Part shown: positions 46,991-57,172 of the stretch, one piece after another | Layout of the letters: the number at the start of each line of letters is the position of its first letter | How positions within the stretch are numbered: the first letter of the stretch is position 1 | Assembly: GCA_027484085.1 (NCBI GenBank) | Contig: JAIXQF010000004.1 | Span: 710,162 to 774,161, forward strand | DNA: 64,000 nt | Reading direction: 5' to 3' | Source: Actinomycetales bacterium | Lineage (GTDB): Bacteria > Actinomycetota > Actinomycetes > S36-B12 > UBA5976 | Translations under genes and position numbers: made by a program | The notes under the pieces: model-generated | What the model was told of the DNA's origin: nothing | Databases searched by the model: none | Seen by the model: only the letters and a program-made list of their open reading frames with translations

Positions 46991-48100
46991 ATGCGCGTAT
47001 TAGTAAGCCCAGACTGTTTCACGGGTACGTTGTCTTCCGTTGAGGCAGCAACCGCAATTCGGGACGGCTGGCTTCAGGTTCATCCTGACGATGAAGTGAT
47101 TATTGCGCCGCTGTCTGATGGCGGCCCAGGTTTTGTTGGCGGCCTGCATGCAGTTTTAGGTGGCGAACTTGTTGCGGCCATAGTGACCGACCCACTTGGC
47201 CAAAAAACCCCTGCTCAGTTTCTGTTGCGGGGAAGTGAGGCTTGGATTGAGTCAGCTCAAGCCTGTGGCTTACATCTAATTGGACTCGACAATCGTGATC
47301 CTCGAGTAACAACAACATTTGGCGTAGGTGAGTTAATTGTGCAAGCAATTGAACGCGGCGCCACGAAAATCACAATTGGCTTGGGCGGTAGTGGCACGAA
47401 CGATGCTGGCGCTGGGATGCTTGCCGCGCTTGGAGCTACATCCGATGGCTCACTTGATCTGGGCGGGGCAAAGCTCAAGGAATTGTCGAACGTTGACTTG
47501 GGTCCTGCAATAACGAAAGTTTCTGGAATTGAATTAGTCGTAGCAAGTGATGTCGATAACACTTTGCTTGGCCTACGCGGCGCGACTGCGGTTTTCGGAC
47601 CGCAAAAAGGCGCTGATGAATTCGCGGTCATGGAGCTCGAGGGCGCGCTCGAGAACTTTGCTGGCTTGTGTGGGCGCAGAAGTGATGGCAAGGATCCGGC
47701 GGTGGCAATGGGCTCAGGTGCTGCTGGTGGACTTGGCTACGGACTTCTACTACTTGGGGCATCGCGGGTAGCTGGAATCGAAACGGTCCTTGAAATCGTC
47801 AAACTTGATGAAGAGATTCAAAAAGCCGATCTGATAATTACAGGTGAAGGCTGCCTAGATGACCAGAGTCTTCATGGCAAAGTCATCGCAGGCGTGGCAA
47901 GTCACGCTGCTGCTATCGGTAAACCATGCATTGCATTGGCAGGTGAAGTCAGGTTGGGTAAGCGAGAGTGCGCAACGGCTGGGATTGACTCTGCTTACTC
48001 AATGACTGAATTCGCGGGCCGAGAAAGGTCCATGGCTGAGCCTGCTGAAGTTTTGGCAGAGGTTTCCGCTCGAATGTCCCAGACTTGGGGCCGTAGATAA
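46991..48100 (+). CDS. glxK: Glycerate kinase
   Basis: 369 aa. N-terminus RVLVSPDCFTGTLSS and C-terminal ITGEGCLDDQSLHGK are typical of the family. Confidence 0.87.
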   Translation: MRVLVSPDCFTGTLSSVEAATAIRDGWLQVHPDDEVIIAPLSDGGPGFVGGLHAVLGGELVAAIVTDPLGQKTPAQFLLRGSEAWIESAQACGLHLIGLDNRDPRVTTTFGVGELIVQAIERGATKITIGLGGSGTNDAGAGMLAALGATSDGSLDLGGAKLKELSNVDLGPAITKVSGIELVVASDVDNTLLGLRGATAVFGPQKGADEFAVMELEGALENFAGLCGRRSDGKDPAVAMGSGAAGGLGYGLLLLGASRVAGIETVLEIVKLDEEIQKADLIITGEGCLDDQSLHGKVIAGVASHAAAIGKPCIALAGEVRLGKRECATAGIDSAYSMTEFAGRERSMAEPAEVLAEVSARMSQTWGRR

Positions 48101-48226
48101 CCCAAGCAACATATCTGCTGCTACAAATATCGCTATTTTCACCAGAGTGACGTAGCCTAGAGATAGCAACGGTGACACCGAGCGTTGACTAAGTCTTAGA
48201 AAAAACTAAGGCACCGAAGGAGAATC

Positions 48227-48574
48227 ATGACAACTGAAACCGCACAAGAGAGCAGTGTTGTAATCACTGAAACAGCTGCCGTAAAGGTAAGAACTCTGCT
48301 TGACCAAGAGGGTCGCGATGATTTAAACCTCCGCATTGCAGTTCAGCCAGGTGGATGTTCTGGCTTGCGTTACCAGTTGTTCTTTGATGATCGCAGCCTT
48401 GATGGCGATGTTCGTCAGGAAATCAACGGCGTTGGTGTTGTAGTTGATCGCATGAGCGTTCCTTACCTTGGTGGAGCAGTCATCGATTTCGTCGACACCA
48501 TCGAAAAGCAAGGTTTCACAATTGATAATCCAAATGCTTCTGGATCATGTGCTTGCGGAGATTCATTTAACTAG
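48227..48574 (+). CDS. erpA: Iron-sulfur cluster insertion protein (HesB/IscA/ErpA family)
   Basis: 115 aa. CSGLRY ... GSCACGDSF cysteine triad. Confidence 0.88.
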   Translation: MTTETAQESSVVITETAAVKVRTLLDQEGRDDLNLRIAVQPGGCSGLRYQLFFDDRSLDGDVRQEINGVGVVVDRMSVPYLGGAVIDFVDTIEKQGFTIDNPNASGSCACGDSFN

Positions 48575-48580
48575 TTATTG

Positions 48581-48618
48581 AAAAAACCGCCCCTGCCTAG
48601 GTAGGGGCGGTTTTTTTT
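48581..48618 (+). terminator. Rho-independent terminator after erpA
   Basis: AAAAAACCGCCCCT-gcctagg-TAGGGGCGG followed by T8. Confidence 0.85.
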
Positions 48619-48634
48619 GTTAGGCTCAGCGATT

Positions 48635-49612
48635 GTGCGCATAGCGATTACTGGATCAGTTGCAACTGACCACTTGATGACCTTTCCCGGATTGTTTAAC
48701 GACTCATTAATGGCAGACCAGCTTCACAACGTGTCGCTGTCATTTTTAGTAGACGACCTGCAGATCCGTCGTGGCGGCGTTGCTGCAAACATCGGCTTTG
48801 GAATGGGAGTTTTGGGTGAGACCCCAATTCTGGTTGCGGCCGTTGGTTCTGACTTTGCTGAGTATCAGTTATGGCTAGAAAAACACGGAGTTGATTGCGA
48901 CCACGTGCACATTTCCCAAACCGCTCATACTGCGCGATTTATGTGCACAACTGATCAAGAACAAAATCAGATTGCATCTTTTTACCCAGGCGCAATGAGT
49001 GAATCTGCAACTCTTGACTTGGAAAAGATTTCTGAAAAAGTCGGTGGAATCGACCTAGTCTTGATTGGCGCGGACGATCCCGACGCAATGCGCAAACATA
49101 CTGTTGCCTGCAAGAACCTGGGTATTCCTTTTGTCGCAGATCCATCGCAGCAACTTCCACGTCTGGATGGCCAACAAACCATAGATGTAGTTGATGGCGC
49201 AAAGTACTTGTTTAACAACGAATACGAAGCGACGTTGATTGAACAGCGCACTGGCTGGACATCGGATGAAGTATTGGAACATGTTGGAATTCGGGTGACC
49301 ACGATGGGAAATAAGGGCGCTCGCATAACATCCCGAGATGGCCTAGATATTTCCGTTCCAGTTGCTCAAGAAAAATCCATTAAAGATCCAACTGGTGTTG
49401 GCGACGCATTTCGCGCAGGCTTTTTAACCGGTCTTGGCTGGGGTTTGTCCCCTCAAAGATGTGCTGAAGTTGGCTCGTTGCTGGCAACCTATGTCATCGA
49501 AACTATTGGCACCCAGGAATATATTCTTGATGAAGCAGAATTCGTTTCCAGGCTTGAGCAAGCGTATGGAACTGAATGCGCTCAAGATGTGGCAAGTCAT
49601 TTAGGGAAGTAA
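48635..49612 (+). CDS. adoK: PfkB-family adenosine kinase
   Basis: From the GTG at 48635, VRIAITGSVATDHLMTFPG...VSLSFLVDD...TAHTARF...DPTGVGDAFRAGF closely matches my recollection of mycobacterial AdoK. The TTG at 48617 lies inside the terminator T-run. Confidence 0.83.
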   Translation: MRIAITGSVATDHLMTFPGLFNDSLMADQLHNVSLSFLVDDLQIRRGGVAANIGFGMGVLGETPILVAAVGSDFAEYQLWLEKHGVDCDHVHISQTAHTARFMCTTDQEQNQIASFYPGAMSESATLDLEKISEKVGGIDLVLIGADDPDAMRKHTVACKNLGIPFVADPSQQLPRLDGQQTIDVVDGAKYLFNNEYEATLIEQRTGWTSDEVLEHVGIRVTTMGNKGARITSRDGLDISVPVAQEKSIKDPTGVGDAFRAGFLTGLGWGLSPQRCAEVGSLLATYVIETIGTQEYILDEAEFVSRLEQAYGTECAQDVASHLGK

Positions 49613-49618
49613 CTTCTC

Positions 49619-50377
49619 ATGCACAGGGATCTTGAAAATGATTTTCCGGACCCGGTGCTGGCGCCCGATGACATTGACCTAATTGCAATTAGTGCGTTTG
49701 ATGCAACTGGGTTTCTACTAGAGATCAATCCTGAAATTGATTGGCCCAAGCTCACGCATTTTGGATCTAATTGGAATCCTGAAACTTTACTGTCGGCATA
49801 TCGCGCAGGGCTGTTTCCAATGCCGTATGAAATCGATGGAGAGGAATCTGCAATCGGTTGGTGGTCGCCGCAATCTCGGGCGATCTTTTATCCAAGCGAG
49901 ATTCGCGTATCAAAATCTCTAAAGTCTGCGATGAAGAAATTTAACGTCACAGTGAATCAAGACTTCGACGCAGTGATCCGCGCCTGCGGAGATCCTGCCC
50001 GTCCAAGCGGCTGGATAAATGACGATGTGATTTCTGCATTTACCGTTTTGCATCAGAATGGCGTGGCCCATTCGATCGAGGTCTGGGATCCTGATGGCAC
50101 ATTGGCTGGTGGCCTGTACGGCGTCGAGCTTGGTGGTGTTTTCGCAGGGGAGTCGATGTTCCATTCGGCTACTGATGCATCCAAGGTTGCCTTAGTTCAC
50201 TTGGGACAAATAATGAATGATGGTTTGGGACGCATAATCGATACCCAGTGGATGACCAGCCACCTTGATTCGATGGGAGCAAAACCCATTGAGCGCGCGG
50301 AATATTGTCGAATATTGCCAAGTCTGCTGGAGACCCCACCCATCTTTTCTGCTTCATCCAGACCGGCTAATTCCTGA
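49619..50377 (+). CDS. aat: Leucyl/phenylalanyl-tRNA--protein transferase
   Basis: 252 aa. Aligns with my recollection of E. coli Aat (LLSAYRAGLFP, WWSPQSRAIF, AHSIEVW, GGLYGV, GESMFH). Carries an N-terminal extension of about 40-50 aa. Confidence 0.8.
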   Translation: MHRDLENDFPDPVLAPDDIDLIAISAFDATGFLLEINPEIDWPKLTHFGSNWNPETLLSAYRAGLFPMPYEIDGEESAIGWWSPQSRAIFYPSEIRVSKSLKSAMKKFNVTVNQDFDAVIRACGDPARPSGWINDDVISAFTVLHQNGVAHSIEVWDPDGTLAGGLYGVELGGVFAGESMFHSATDASKVALVHLGQIMNDGLGRIIDTQWMTSHLDSMGAKPIERAEYCRILPSLLETPPIFSASSRPANS

Positions 50378-50592
50378 CGGTGCCGACGGTCCAATCCAAG
50401 CCAGATGCAATGCCCGAGGTTCAGCTCGGAGTGAGATCTCCTTGAGCGATTTCGGGAATGTGATTTTGCTCCCTTGGTCGGTCCCAAACCCGGTTATTCC
50501 TCGAGTGTGGGGTAGTCTAAGGAGCAAGAAATCCTTGTATTGGTGCGCCTAATGTGCCGTTACTAGATTGAACATGAAGGGCCTAATCACAC

Positions 50593-51393
50593 GTGAAAAT
50601 CTCAGTGCGTCGAAAGCAAATCAGAGCCATTTCTGCCGGTTTGCTTGGTGCCGTTTTGCTATCCGGGTGTTCAGTCGAAAACGAGTACGGCCGCCTGGGT
50701 ATGCCAGAGCCTGCAACTGAAGAAGGCAATCGCATCCTTTCCCTTTGGCAGGGTTCGTGGGTTGCTGCGTTGATCGTGGGCGTATTGGTTTGGGGCCTTT
50801 TGATTTGGGCAATTGTTGCTTATCGCCGCAAAGAAGGCGACGGCCTTCCAGAGCAAACTCGATACAACGTGCCACTAGAAATTCTTTACACAGTTGCACC
50901 GCTACTAATGGTGCTAGCGCTGTTTTACTTCACTCAGCGTGACCAGGCAATTTTGACCAAAGTAGACGACAGCAGTTCACACAGCGTGAATGTTGTTGGC
51001 TGGCGTTGGTCATGGGCATTCAACTATGAAGATGAAGGCGTTTACGACGTTGGAACACCAGGGGAGCCACCTGTTCTGTGGTTACCAGTAGATGAAAAAG
51101 TAACTTTCGAGCTGACATCGCCTGACGTGATTCATTCATTTTGGATCCCAGCATTTTTGATGAAAATGGACGTGGTGCCGGGTCGAAACAATCAGTTCGC
51201 GGTCACTCCTAACACCGAGGGTGTATTCATGGGCAAGTGCGCAGAACTATGCGGCGTCGATCACTCCCGCATGCTTTTTGATGTGAAAGTCGTTTCGCGT
51301 GCTGAATACGACGCCCACATTGCAGATCTAAAAGAACGTGGACAAATTGGCAAGCTCGACTCAGGTCGTTCAGAAGTAGCAGGAGTTTCCTAA
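50593..51393 (+). CDS. ctaC: Cytochrome c oxidase subunit II
   Basis: 266 aa. Lipobox LLSGC and CuA site [15 protein letters not shown] start. Confidence 0.92.
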   Translation: MKISVRRKQIRAISAGLLGAVLLSGCSVENEYGRLGMPEPATEEGNRILSLWQGSWVAALIVGVLVWGLLIWAIVAYRRKEGDGLPEQTRYNVPLEILYTVAPLLMVLALFYFTQRDQAILTKVDDSSSHSVNVVGWRWSWAFNYEDEGVYDVGTPGEPPVLWLPVDEKVTFELTSPDVIHSFWIPAFLMKMDVVPGRNNQFAVTPNTEGVFMGKCAELCGVDHSRMLFDVKVVSRAEYDAHIADLKERGQIGKLDSGRSEVAGVS

Positions 51394-53102
51394 TGGCAAT
51401 TTTGGATAAGCCGGTAATGACAACGACACAGGTCCCACTTCGTCCACCTGCAAAAAAGGGCAACAAAGTCGTTGGTTGGATGACCTCAACCGACCACAAA
51501 GTCATCGGCAACCTGTACATGGTTACATCGTTTGCCTTCTTCGCGATCGCGGGCTTAATGGCGCTCGTAATTCGCGCAGAATTAGCTCGTCCAGGCCTGC
51601 AGTTTGTTAGCAATGAGCAGTACAACCAGTTATTCACCATGCATGGCACATTGATGCTTTTCCTATTTGCAACCTCATTGTTTGCCGGATTTGCAAATGC
51701 AATCATGCCTCTGCAAATTGGCGCCCCAGACGTTTCGTTCCCACGTTTGAACATGATTAGTTACTGGCTATACCTGTTCGGTGGAATTGTCGTAATGCTT
51801 GGTTTCTTAACTCCAGGTGGCGCAGCAGGATTTGGTTGGTTTGCTTACGCACCGCTATCAAACGTCATTAACTCACCAAACGTTGGCTCAGATCTTTGGA
51901 TTCTTGGTCTGACGATGTCAGGTATGGCCAGCATCCTCGGTTCGGTTAACTTCATTACAACTATTTTCACCATGCGCGCTCCTGGTATGACTATGTTCCG
52001 GATGCCAATCTTCACCTGGAACGTTTTGTTGACAAGCGTGCTCGTACTTATGGCGTTCCCAGTTTTAGCTGCCGCAATGTTGATGTTGGAATCTGACCGA
52101 AAGTTCGGATCGCAAGTATTTGATGCGGCAAATGGTGGCGCAATTTTGTGGCAGCACTTGTTCTGGTTCTTTGGACACCCTGAGGTTTACATCTTGGCGC
52201 TGCCATTCTTCGGCATCGCAACCGAGATCTTGCCAGTGTTTAGTCGTAAGCCAATCTTTGGTTACAAGGGTCTAGTTTTCGCTACGATCGCGATCGCCGG
52301 TCTTTCAGTCGCGGTTTGGGCTCACCACATGTACGTAACTGGAGCAGTCAATCTGCCGTTCTTCTCGTTTATGACGATGCTCATCGCCGTGCCTACTGGT
52401 GTTAAATTCTTCAACTGGATCGGCACGATGTGGGGCGGCTCAGTTAGCTTTGAAACCCCGATGCTTTGGACGATTGGTTTCTTAACCACCTTCTTGTTTG
52501 GTGGCCTTACCGGTGTCATCCTTGCAGCTCCACCACTTGACTTCCACGTAAGCGACTCTTACTTCGTAGTTGCTCACTTCCACTACGTGGTTTTCGGAAC
52601 CGTAGTGTTTGCAATGTTCGCTGGCTTCTACTTCTGGTGGCCAAAGTTCACTGGAAAAATGTTGGACGAAAGACTTGGAAAGCTACATTTCTGGCTTGTC
52701 TTCTTCGGTTTCCACATTACGTTCTTGGTTCAGCATTGGCTTGGTGTCGAAGGTATGCCTCGTAGATACGCGGACTACCTGGCAAGTGATGGATTTACTA
52801 CGTTGAACATGATTTCTACCGTGGGATCGATTGTGCTTGGCGCATCTACGTTCGTGTTCTTCTGGAACATGTACAAGACAGCGAAGTACGCTCCAAAGGT
52901 AACTTCAGATGATCCGTGGGGCTGGGGCAATTCACTCGAGTGGGCAACCTCATGTCCGCCACCGCGACATAACTTTGTTGAGATCCCAAGAATTCGTAGC
53001 GAGCGACCAGCGTTTGATCTACATCATCCGGAAGTTGCCGAGATGGAACTTGCAGATCGAAACAAAGCATTTGAACACGCTGCTAATGGATCTAAGGGCT
53101 AG
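51393..53102 (+). CDS. ctaD: Cytochrome c oxidase subunit I
   Basis: 569-aa full-length haem-copper oxidase subunit I. TAATG overlap with ctaC. Confidence 0.95.
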   Translation: MAILDKPVMTTTQVPLRPPAKKGNKVVGWMTSTDHKVIGNLYMVTSFAFFAIAGLMALVIRAELARPGLQFVSNEQYNQLFTMHGTLMLFLFATSLFAGFANAIMPLQIGAPDVSFPRLNMISYWLYLFGGIVVMLGFLTPGGAAGFGWFAYAPLSNVINSPNVGSDLWILGLTMSGMASILGSVNFITTIFTMRAPGMTMFRMPIFTWNVLLTSVLVLMAFPVLAAAMLMLESDRKFGSQVFDAANGGAILWQHLFWFFGHPEVYILALPFFGIATEILPVFSRKPIFGYKGLVFATIAIAGLSVAVWAHHMYVTGAVNLPFFSFMTMLIAVPTGVKFFNWIGTMWGGSVSFETPMLWTIGFLTTFLFGGLTGVILAAPPLDFHVSDSYFVVAHFHYVVFGTVVFAMFAGFYFWWPKFTGKMLDERLGKLHFWLVFFGFHITFLVQHWLGVEGMPRRYADYLASDGFTTLNMISTVGSIVLGASTFVFFWNMYKTAKYAPKVTSDDPWGWGNSLEWATSCPPPRHNFVEIPRIRSERPAFDLHHPEVAEMELADRNKAFEHAANGSKG

Positions 53103-53112
53103 AGGTATTTAA

Positions 53113-53508
53113 ATGATTATCGGTGGCAAGCTCTTCGCAGCAGGAACTGCACTCTATTTCCTATTAGGTGCCGTTTATTGGTTTATGAGCGGCGACGTAA
53201 TTGGAACTTCGTTGCTAGCCCTTACTGGTGGCCTGGCGTTCCTAGTCTCGTTTTACGTCCTATTTACATCTAAGCGAGTAGGCGCCCTTCCAGAAGACAA
53301 CGAATATGCATTGATTTCAGATGCAGACACCGATTACGGGTTCTTCTCGCCTCATTCTTGGTGGCCATTTGCAATCGGTGCCTCAACATTCATCTTTGTA
53401 TTGGGCTTCGTGTTTGCCCGCTGGATGATGGTTGTTGGGCTTTTCGCACTAATGATGGCGATTTATGGATTGGTTTTCGAGTACTACCGCGGCCAATTCG
53501 TAAAGTAA
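53113..53508 (+). CDS. ctaF: Cytochrome c oxidase subunit IV (actinobacterial CtaF)
   Basis: 131 aa. GFFSPHSWWP and GLVFEYY motifs match my recollection of mycobacterial CtaF. Confidence 0.82.
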   Translation: MIIGGKLFAAGTALYFLLGAVYWFMSGDVIGTSLLALTGGLAFLVSFYVLFTSKRVGALPEDNEYALISDADTDYGFFSPHSWWPFAIGASTFIFVLGFVFARWMMVVGLFALMMAIYGLVFEYYRGQFVK

Positions 53509-53520
53509 CTCGACGCAACA

Positions 53521-54720
53521 TTGCTTGTGACTGGCTCCTTTAGGCTCGGCGTCGCTTGCGCGGTAGGTGCGCTCGCAGGCCGCCTTTCTAAAGCACTTGG
53601 TCGTGGACGCGGGGAAACCTTAAGTGGCAGGGTTATTCTCGCAATCGATCCGCAGGCCATTTCAAAACTTAGTTCGGGCCGAGATGTTGTTGTGGTTTCT
53701 GGCACCAACGGCAAAACTACTTCTACAAAAAACTTGGCTACGATCCTTCGAGACTTTGCTGGAGAAGGTGTAAGTACTAGCGAGTCTGGTGCCAATATGC
53801 CTGCTGGAATTGCTGCACTGCTGGCGCAAAGCCCAAGAAACCGCTTTGCTGTAATTGAGTGCGATGAAATGTACTTGCCAGATATGTATCGCCAGCTCGC
53901 ACCAAAAGTTGTGGTCCTGCTAAATCTTTCCCGAGACCAACTCCATCGGACTGGGGAAGTTCGCAAGGTAGCGAATTTGTGGCATGAGGCTTTTTCAAGA
54001 GATGACGTAACACTTGTCATTGACAGAGATGACCCGTTTCTCGAGTACGCAGCAGCTAATGCTGGTCATGTGATTCGGGTTTCATTCAATGGCCGGCGCC
54101 ATCCAGATGCCGCAACTTGTCCGAATTGTGCAGCTATCTTGAATTGGTCATCAGGAGATTACGCATGCCCGTGTGGTCTTGGTAAACAGTTACCAGATGT
54201 CCGAGCCGACAAAAGACTTGATGGTCCGCAGCGAAACACAGTTCTTGTGATTGAAGCAGCCAGATTAATGGGTGCCGAAATTCTGGCTGACGAAGCACAG
54301 GACCTGATCAATAAGTCGCCAGATCGAATTCACGACTTCATGGTGTCAGATAAAAAAGTTCCAACCCACCTAGCTAAGAATCCTGAAAGCTGGAGACAGG
54401 CACTTGGAGATGTGACTTCAGATCAAGTGGTGCTGTCGGTAAACGCCCGTGGAATAGACGGGCGAGATACGTCTTGGTTGTGGGACATTGATTACTCTGC
54501 ACTCTTGGGTAAGAACGTTGTATGCACCGGCGAAAGGCGCCTTGATGTGGCTTACCGGTTAAGCGTGCAAGGAATAGAAGTGTCAGTGGCCTCAAGTTTT
54601 TCGAAAGCAGTCGAGAATTTTCCAGCCGGGCCGATTCAGGCAATTGTCAGCTACACGGCATTTCAAGACCTACTCACCAGCGAATTGGGTATCAGCCAGG
54701 GTAAGAGTGGCTCCCGATGA
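53521..54720 (+). CDS. murT: Lipid II isoglutaminyl synthase, Mur-ligase-like subunit MurT
   Basis: 399 aa. SGTNGKTT P-loop, Cys4 ribbon CPNC...CPCG and a DUF1727-like C-terminus. TTG start 12 nt after the ctaF stop. Confidence 0.83.
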   Translation: MLVTGSFRLGVACAVGALAGRLSKALGRGRGETLSGRVILAIDPQAISKLSSGRDVVVVSGTNGKTTSTKNLATILRDFAGEGVSTSESGANMPAGIAALLAQSPRNRFAVIECDEMYLPDMYRQLAPKVVVLLNLSRDQLHRTGEVRKVANLWHEAFSRDDVTLVIDRDDPFLEYAAANAGHVIRVSFNGRRHPDAATCPNCAAILNWSSGDYACPCGLGKQLPDVRADKRLDGPQRNTVLVIEAARLMGAEILADEAQDLINKSPDRIHDFMVSDKKVPTHLAKNPESWRQALGDVTSDQVVLSVNARGIDGRDTSWLWDIDYSALLGKNVVCTGERRLDVAYRLSVQGIEVSVASSFSKAVENFPAGPIQAIVSYTAFQDLLTSELGISQGKSGSR

Positions 54721-55427
54721 CTCTGACAATCGTTCGCCTTTATCACGACTTACTAGGTACATATGGAGATCAAGGTAATGCCGAGATCTTGGTACATCGC
54801 GCCAAAGCGCGGAACCTAGATGTTGAGTTAATCGAAGTGACGCCAGGAATGGCAGTACCTCGGACAGGTGACATTTACCTATTGGGTGGCGGGGAAGATG
54901 GTCCACAATCGGCAGCCCTGGAAATGCTTAAGACTGATGGCGGGCTAAATTACGCCGCTGCCGGCGGGGCAACAGTGCTTGCAATCTGTGCCGGTTTTCA
55001 AATCATTGGCGAAACCTTGCCGGATTCCGACGGTAAGGCAACTTCAGGACTCGGCCTAGTTGACGCTCACACAATCTATGATCAATCGCCTAGAAGCGTG
55101 GGGGAGCTTGTAATTCAACCCAATCGCGGCGGCTTACCGCTCTTAACTGGCTTTGAAAATCATCAAGGCCTAACTCGCTTAGGTAAGGAAATGCCACAGC
55201 TTGGCCTAGTTCGCAGGGGGATCGGAAACGGCTTTGATCATAAAGAGGGTGTTTGGCACGGAAATGTATTCGGAAGCTACATGCATGGGCCAGCCCTTGC
55301 CAGGAATCCAGAACTAGCTGATGCGGTTTTGCAGTGTGCTGTGGGCCCAATGAAGGCATTCGACGACCAACTGGCCCAGGCATTTGCACAAGAACGCCGG
55401 ATGACTTTAGGCGGAATGACAAACTAA
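54717..55427 (+). CDS. gatD: Lipid II isoglutaminyl synthase, glutaminase subunit GatD (CobQ-type GATase)
   Basis: 236 aa. Nucleophile LAICAGFQ. ATGA overlap with murT. Confidence 0.83.
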   Translation: MTLTIVRLYHDLLGTYGDQGNAEILVHRAKARNLDVELIEVTPGMAVPRTGDIYLLGGGEDGPQSAALEMLKTDGGLNYAAAGGATVLAICAGFQIIGETLPDSDGKATSGLGLVDAHTIYDQSPRSVGELVIQPNRGGLPLLTGFENHQGLTRLGKEMPQLGLVRRGIGNGFDHKEGVWHGNVFGSYMHGPALARNPELADAVLQCAVGPMKAFDDQLAQAFAQERRMTLGGMTN

Positions 55428-55440
55428 AGATAAATCTTGA

Positions 55441-55487
55441 AAACTAAAAACCCCGCTGGCCAACTTGGTCAACGGGGTTTTTAGTTT
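55441..55487. terminator. Bidirectional rho-independent terminator (gatD / qcrB)
   Basis: AAACTAAAAACCCCG...CGGGGTTTTTAGTTT: 15-bp arms between convergent operons. Confidence 0.85.
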
Positions 55488-55489
55488 AA

Positions 55490-57172
55490 TTAGTGCTGGC
55501 TGATTTCCTTTAGGTGAGATTCAGCTTCGTGTAATTCGTGTGCGGCATGTTCTGCTGCTGCACGCATTTCCTCATCGGTTGGAGTTGGAATCACGTCTGA
55601 GTAGAACCACTGGGAAAGCTTGGCTCGAGCTATGGACTTCGCTGCCTTTGGATTGCGAACTCCATTTGCATCGACTGCAGATGGCAATTCCATAGGTACG
55701 ACATCTGCCTTTGCAAGTAGCTTTGCCTTTTCTGCTTCGCCGATTGGCTCATGAATTTCGATGAATTCACCATTTGGTAAGCGAAGGATTCGACCAGTTT
55801 CGTAACCGTGAAGCAGTTTGTCGTTATCACGACGCTGCAGCCCAAGGCAGATGCGCTTTGTTAAGACAAATGCCAGTGGTGGAATGACGAACAGCAAGAA
55901 CCGGAAGGTCCAGGTGATCTGATTAATCGAAAGGTTGAAAGCTGAGGCGATGATGTCATTGCCACCAGAGATCACCAGGATCATGTAGAACGACAGTGCC
56001 ATAACGCCCAGACCAGTGCGAGTCGGTGCGTTTCGTGGACGATCCAATAGGTGATGTTCGCGCTTGTCGCCAGTCGCCCAAGCTTCGATCCATGGGTACA
56101 AGCCAAGAGCCGTAAACATGATGCCTGGAATCACCAGCGCTGGCACCAGGATGTTCCAACTAAAGGTGTAACCAAAAAGATTTGATTCCAAGTTCGGCAT
56201 CAAGCGCACAGCACCATCAAGCCATCCGATGTACCAGTCAGGCTGTGAGCCAGCTGTTACCTGGGAAGGTGTGTATGGGCCGTATAGCCATACCGGGTTG
56301 ATCGTTACCAAGGCAGCGATTAGAACGGTAATTCCAAACACCACGAAGAAGAAGCCGCCTGCTTTTGCCATGTAGATAGGGAACAAGCGGAAGCCAACTA
56401 CGTTGCTCTCCGTGCGACCTGGGCCAGGGAATTGGGTGTGCTTTTGGTAGAACACCATGATTAAGTGCACAGTGATCAGGGCCAACAAAATGCCTGGAAT
56501 CAGCAAGATGTGAATTGAATACAGTCTTGGCATGATGTCAGTTCCTGGGAATTCTCCGCCAAATAGGAACATTGCAACGTATGTTCCAACTAGTGGAATT
56601 GCCTGGATGATTCCTTGCGCAATGCGAAGACCAGTTCCGGACAATAGGTCATCAGGAAGTGAGTAACCCGAGAAGCCTTCTAGGAGTGCAAGAACCAAAA
56701 GCAAGGTTCCAATCACCCAGTTGATTTCACGAGGCTTGCGGAATGCACCTGTGAAGAAAACTCGAAGTAAGTGAACCGATACTGCGGCGGTGAAGAAGAG
56801 CGCAGCCCAGTGGTGAATCTGGCGCATCAAAAGTCCACCACGAACGTCAAATGAGATCGCTAGCGTTGAAGAGTACGCCTCAGACATCTTTACGCCCTTA
56901 AGCGGAACGTAAGAACCGTTGTAGATAACTTCTGTCATCGATGGGTTGAAGAACAAAGTTAGGTATGTACCTGAGAGAAGCAAAATAATGAAGCTGTAGA
57001 GCGCTACTTCTCCAAGCATGAAAGACCAGTGGTCAGGGAAGACCTTGTCAACAAGACGCTTTGTGAAGCTGGCTGAAGCCAGGCGGTCATCTATGTAGTA
57101 ACCGACGGCACCACCTTTAGTGGTTGGCGCAGCGTGCGCTGGTGCCTGAATTGATTCTTCGGTTGTGCTCAT
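55490..57172 (-). CDS. qcrB: Cytochrome bc1 complex cytochrome b subunit
   Basis: 560-aa actinobacterial long-form cytochrome b. Confidence 0.93.
   Translation of the reverse strand: MSTTEESIQAPAHAAPTTKGGAVGYYIDDRLASASFTKRLVDKVFPDHWSFMLGEVALYSFIILLLSGTYLTLFFNPSMTEVIYNGSYVPLKGVKMSEAYSSTLAISFDVRGGLLMRQIHHWAALFFTAAVSVHLLRVFFTGAFRKPREINWVIGTLLLVLALLEGFSGYSLPDDLLSGTGLRIAQGIIQAIPLVGTYVAMFLFGGEFPGTDIMPRLYSIHILLIPGILLALITVHLIMVFYQKHTQFPGPGRTESNVVGFRLFPIYMAKAGGFFFVVFGITVLIAALVTINPVWLYGPYTPSQVTAGSQPDWYIGWLDGAVRLMPNLESNLFGYTFSWNILVPALVIPGIMFTALGLYPWIEAWATGDKREHHLLDRPRNAPTRTGLGVMALSFYMILVISGGNDIIASAFNLSINQITWTFRFLLFVIPPLAFVLTKRICLGLQRRDNDKLLHGYETGRILRLPNGEFIEIHEPIGEAEKAKLLAKADVVPMELPSAVDANGVRNPKAAKSIARAKLSQWFYSDVIPTPTDEEMRAAAEHAAHELHEAESHLKEISQH

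Noticed and set aside
51227-54020. Long antisense ORFs 51227-51754 (-) and 53484-54020 (-) opposite ctaC/ctaD and murT; similar ones at 36175-36699 and 47257-47691
   Set aside because: They lie opposite strongly supported genes, have Arg/Ser/Pro-rich composition and match no recognisable family. Long antisense ORFs like these are expected at this GC content.
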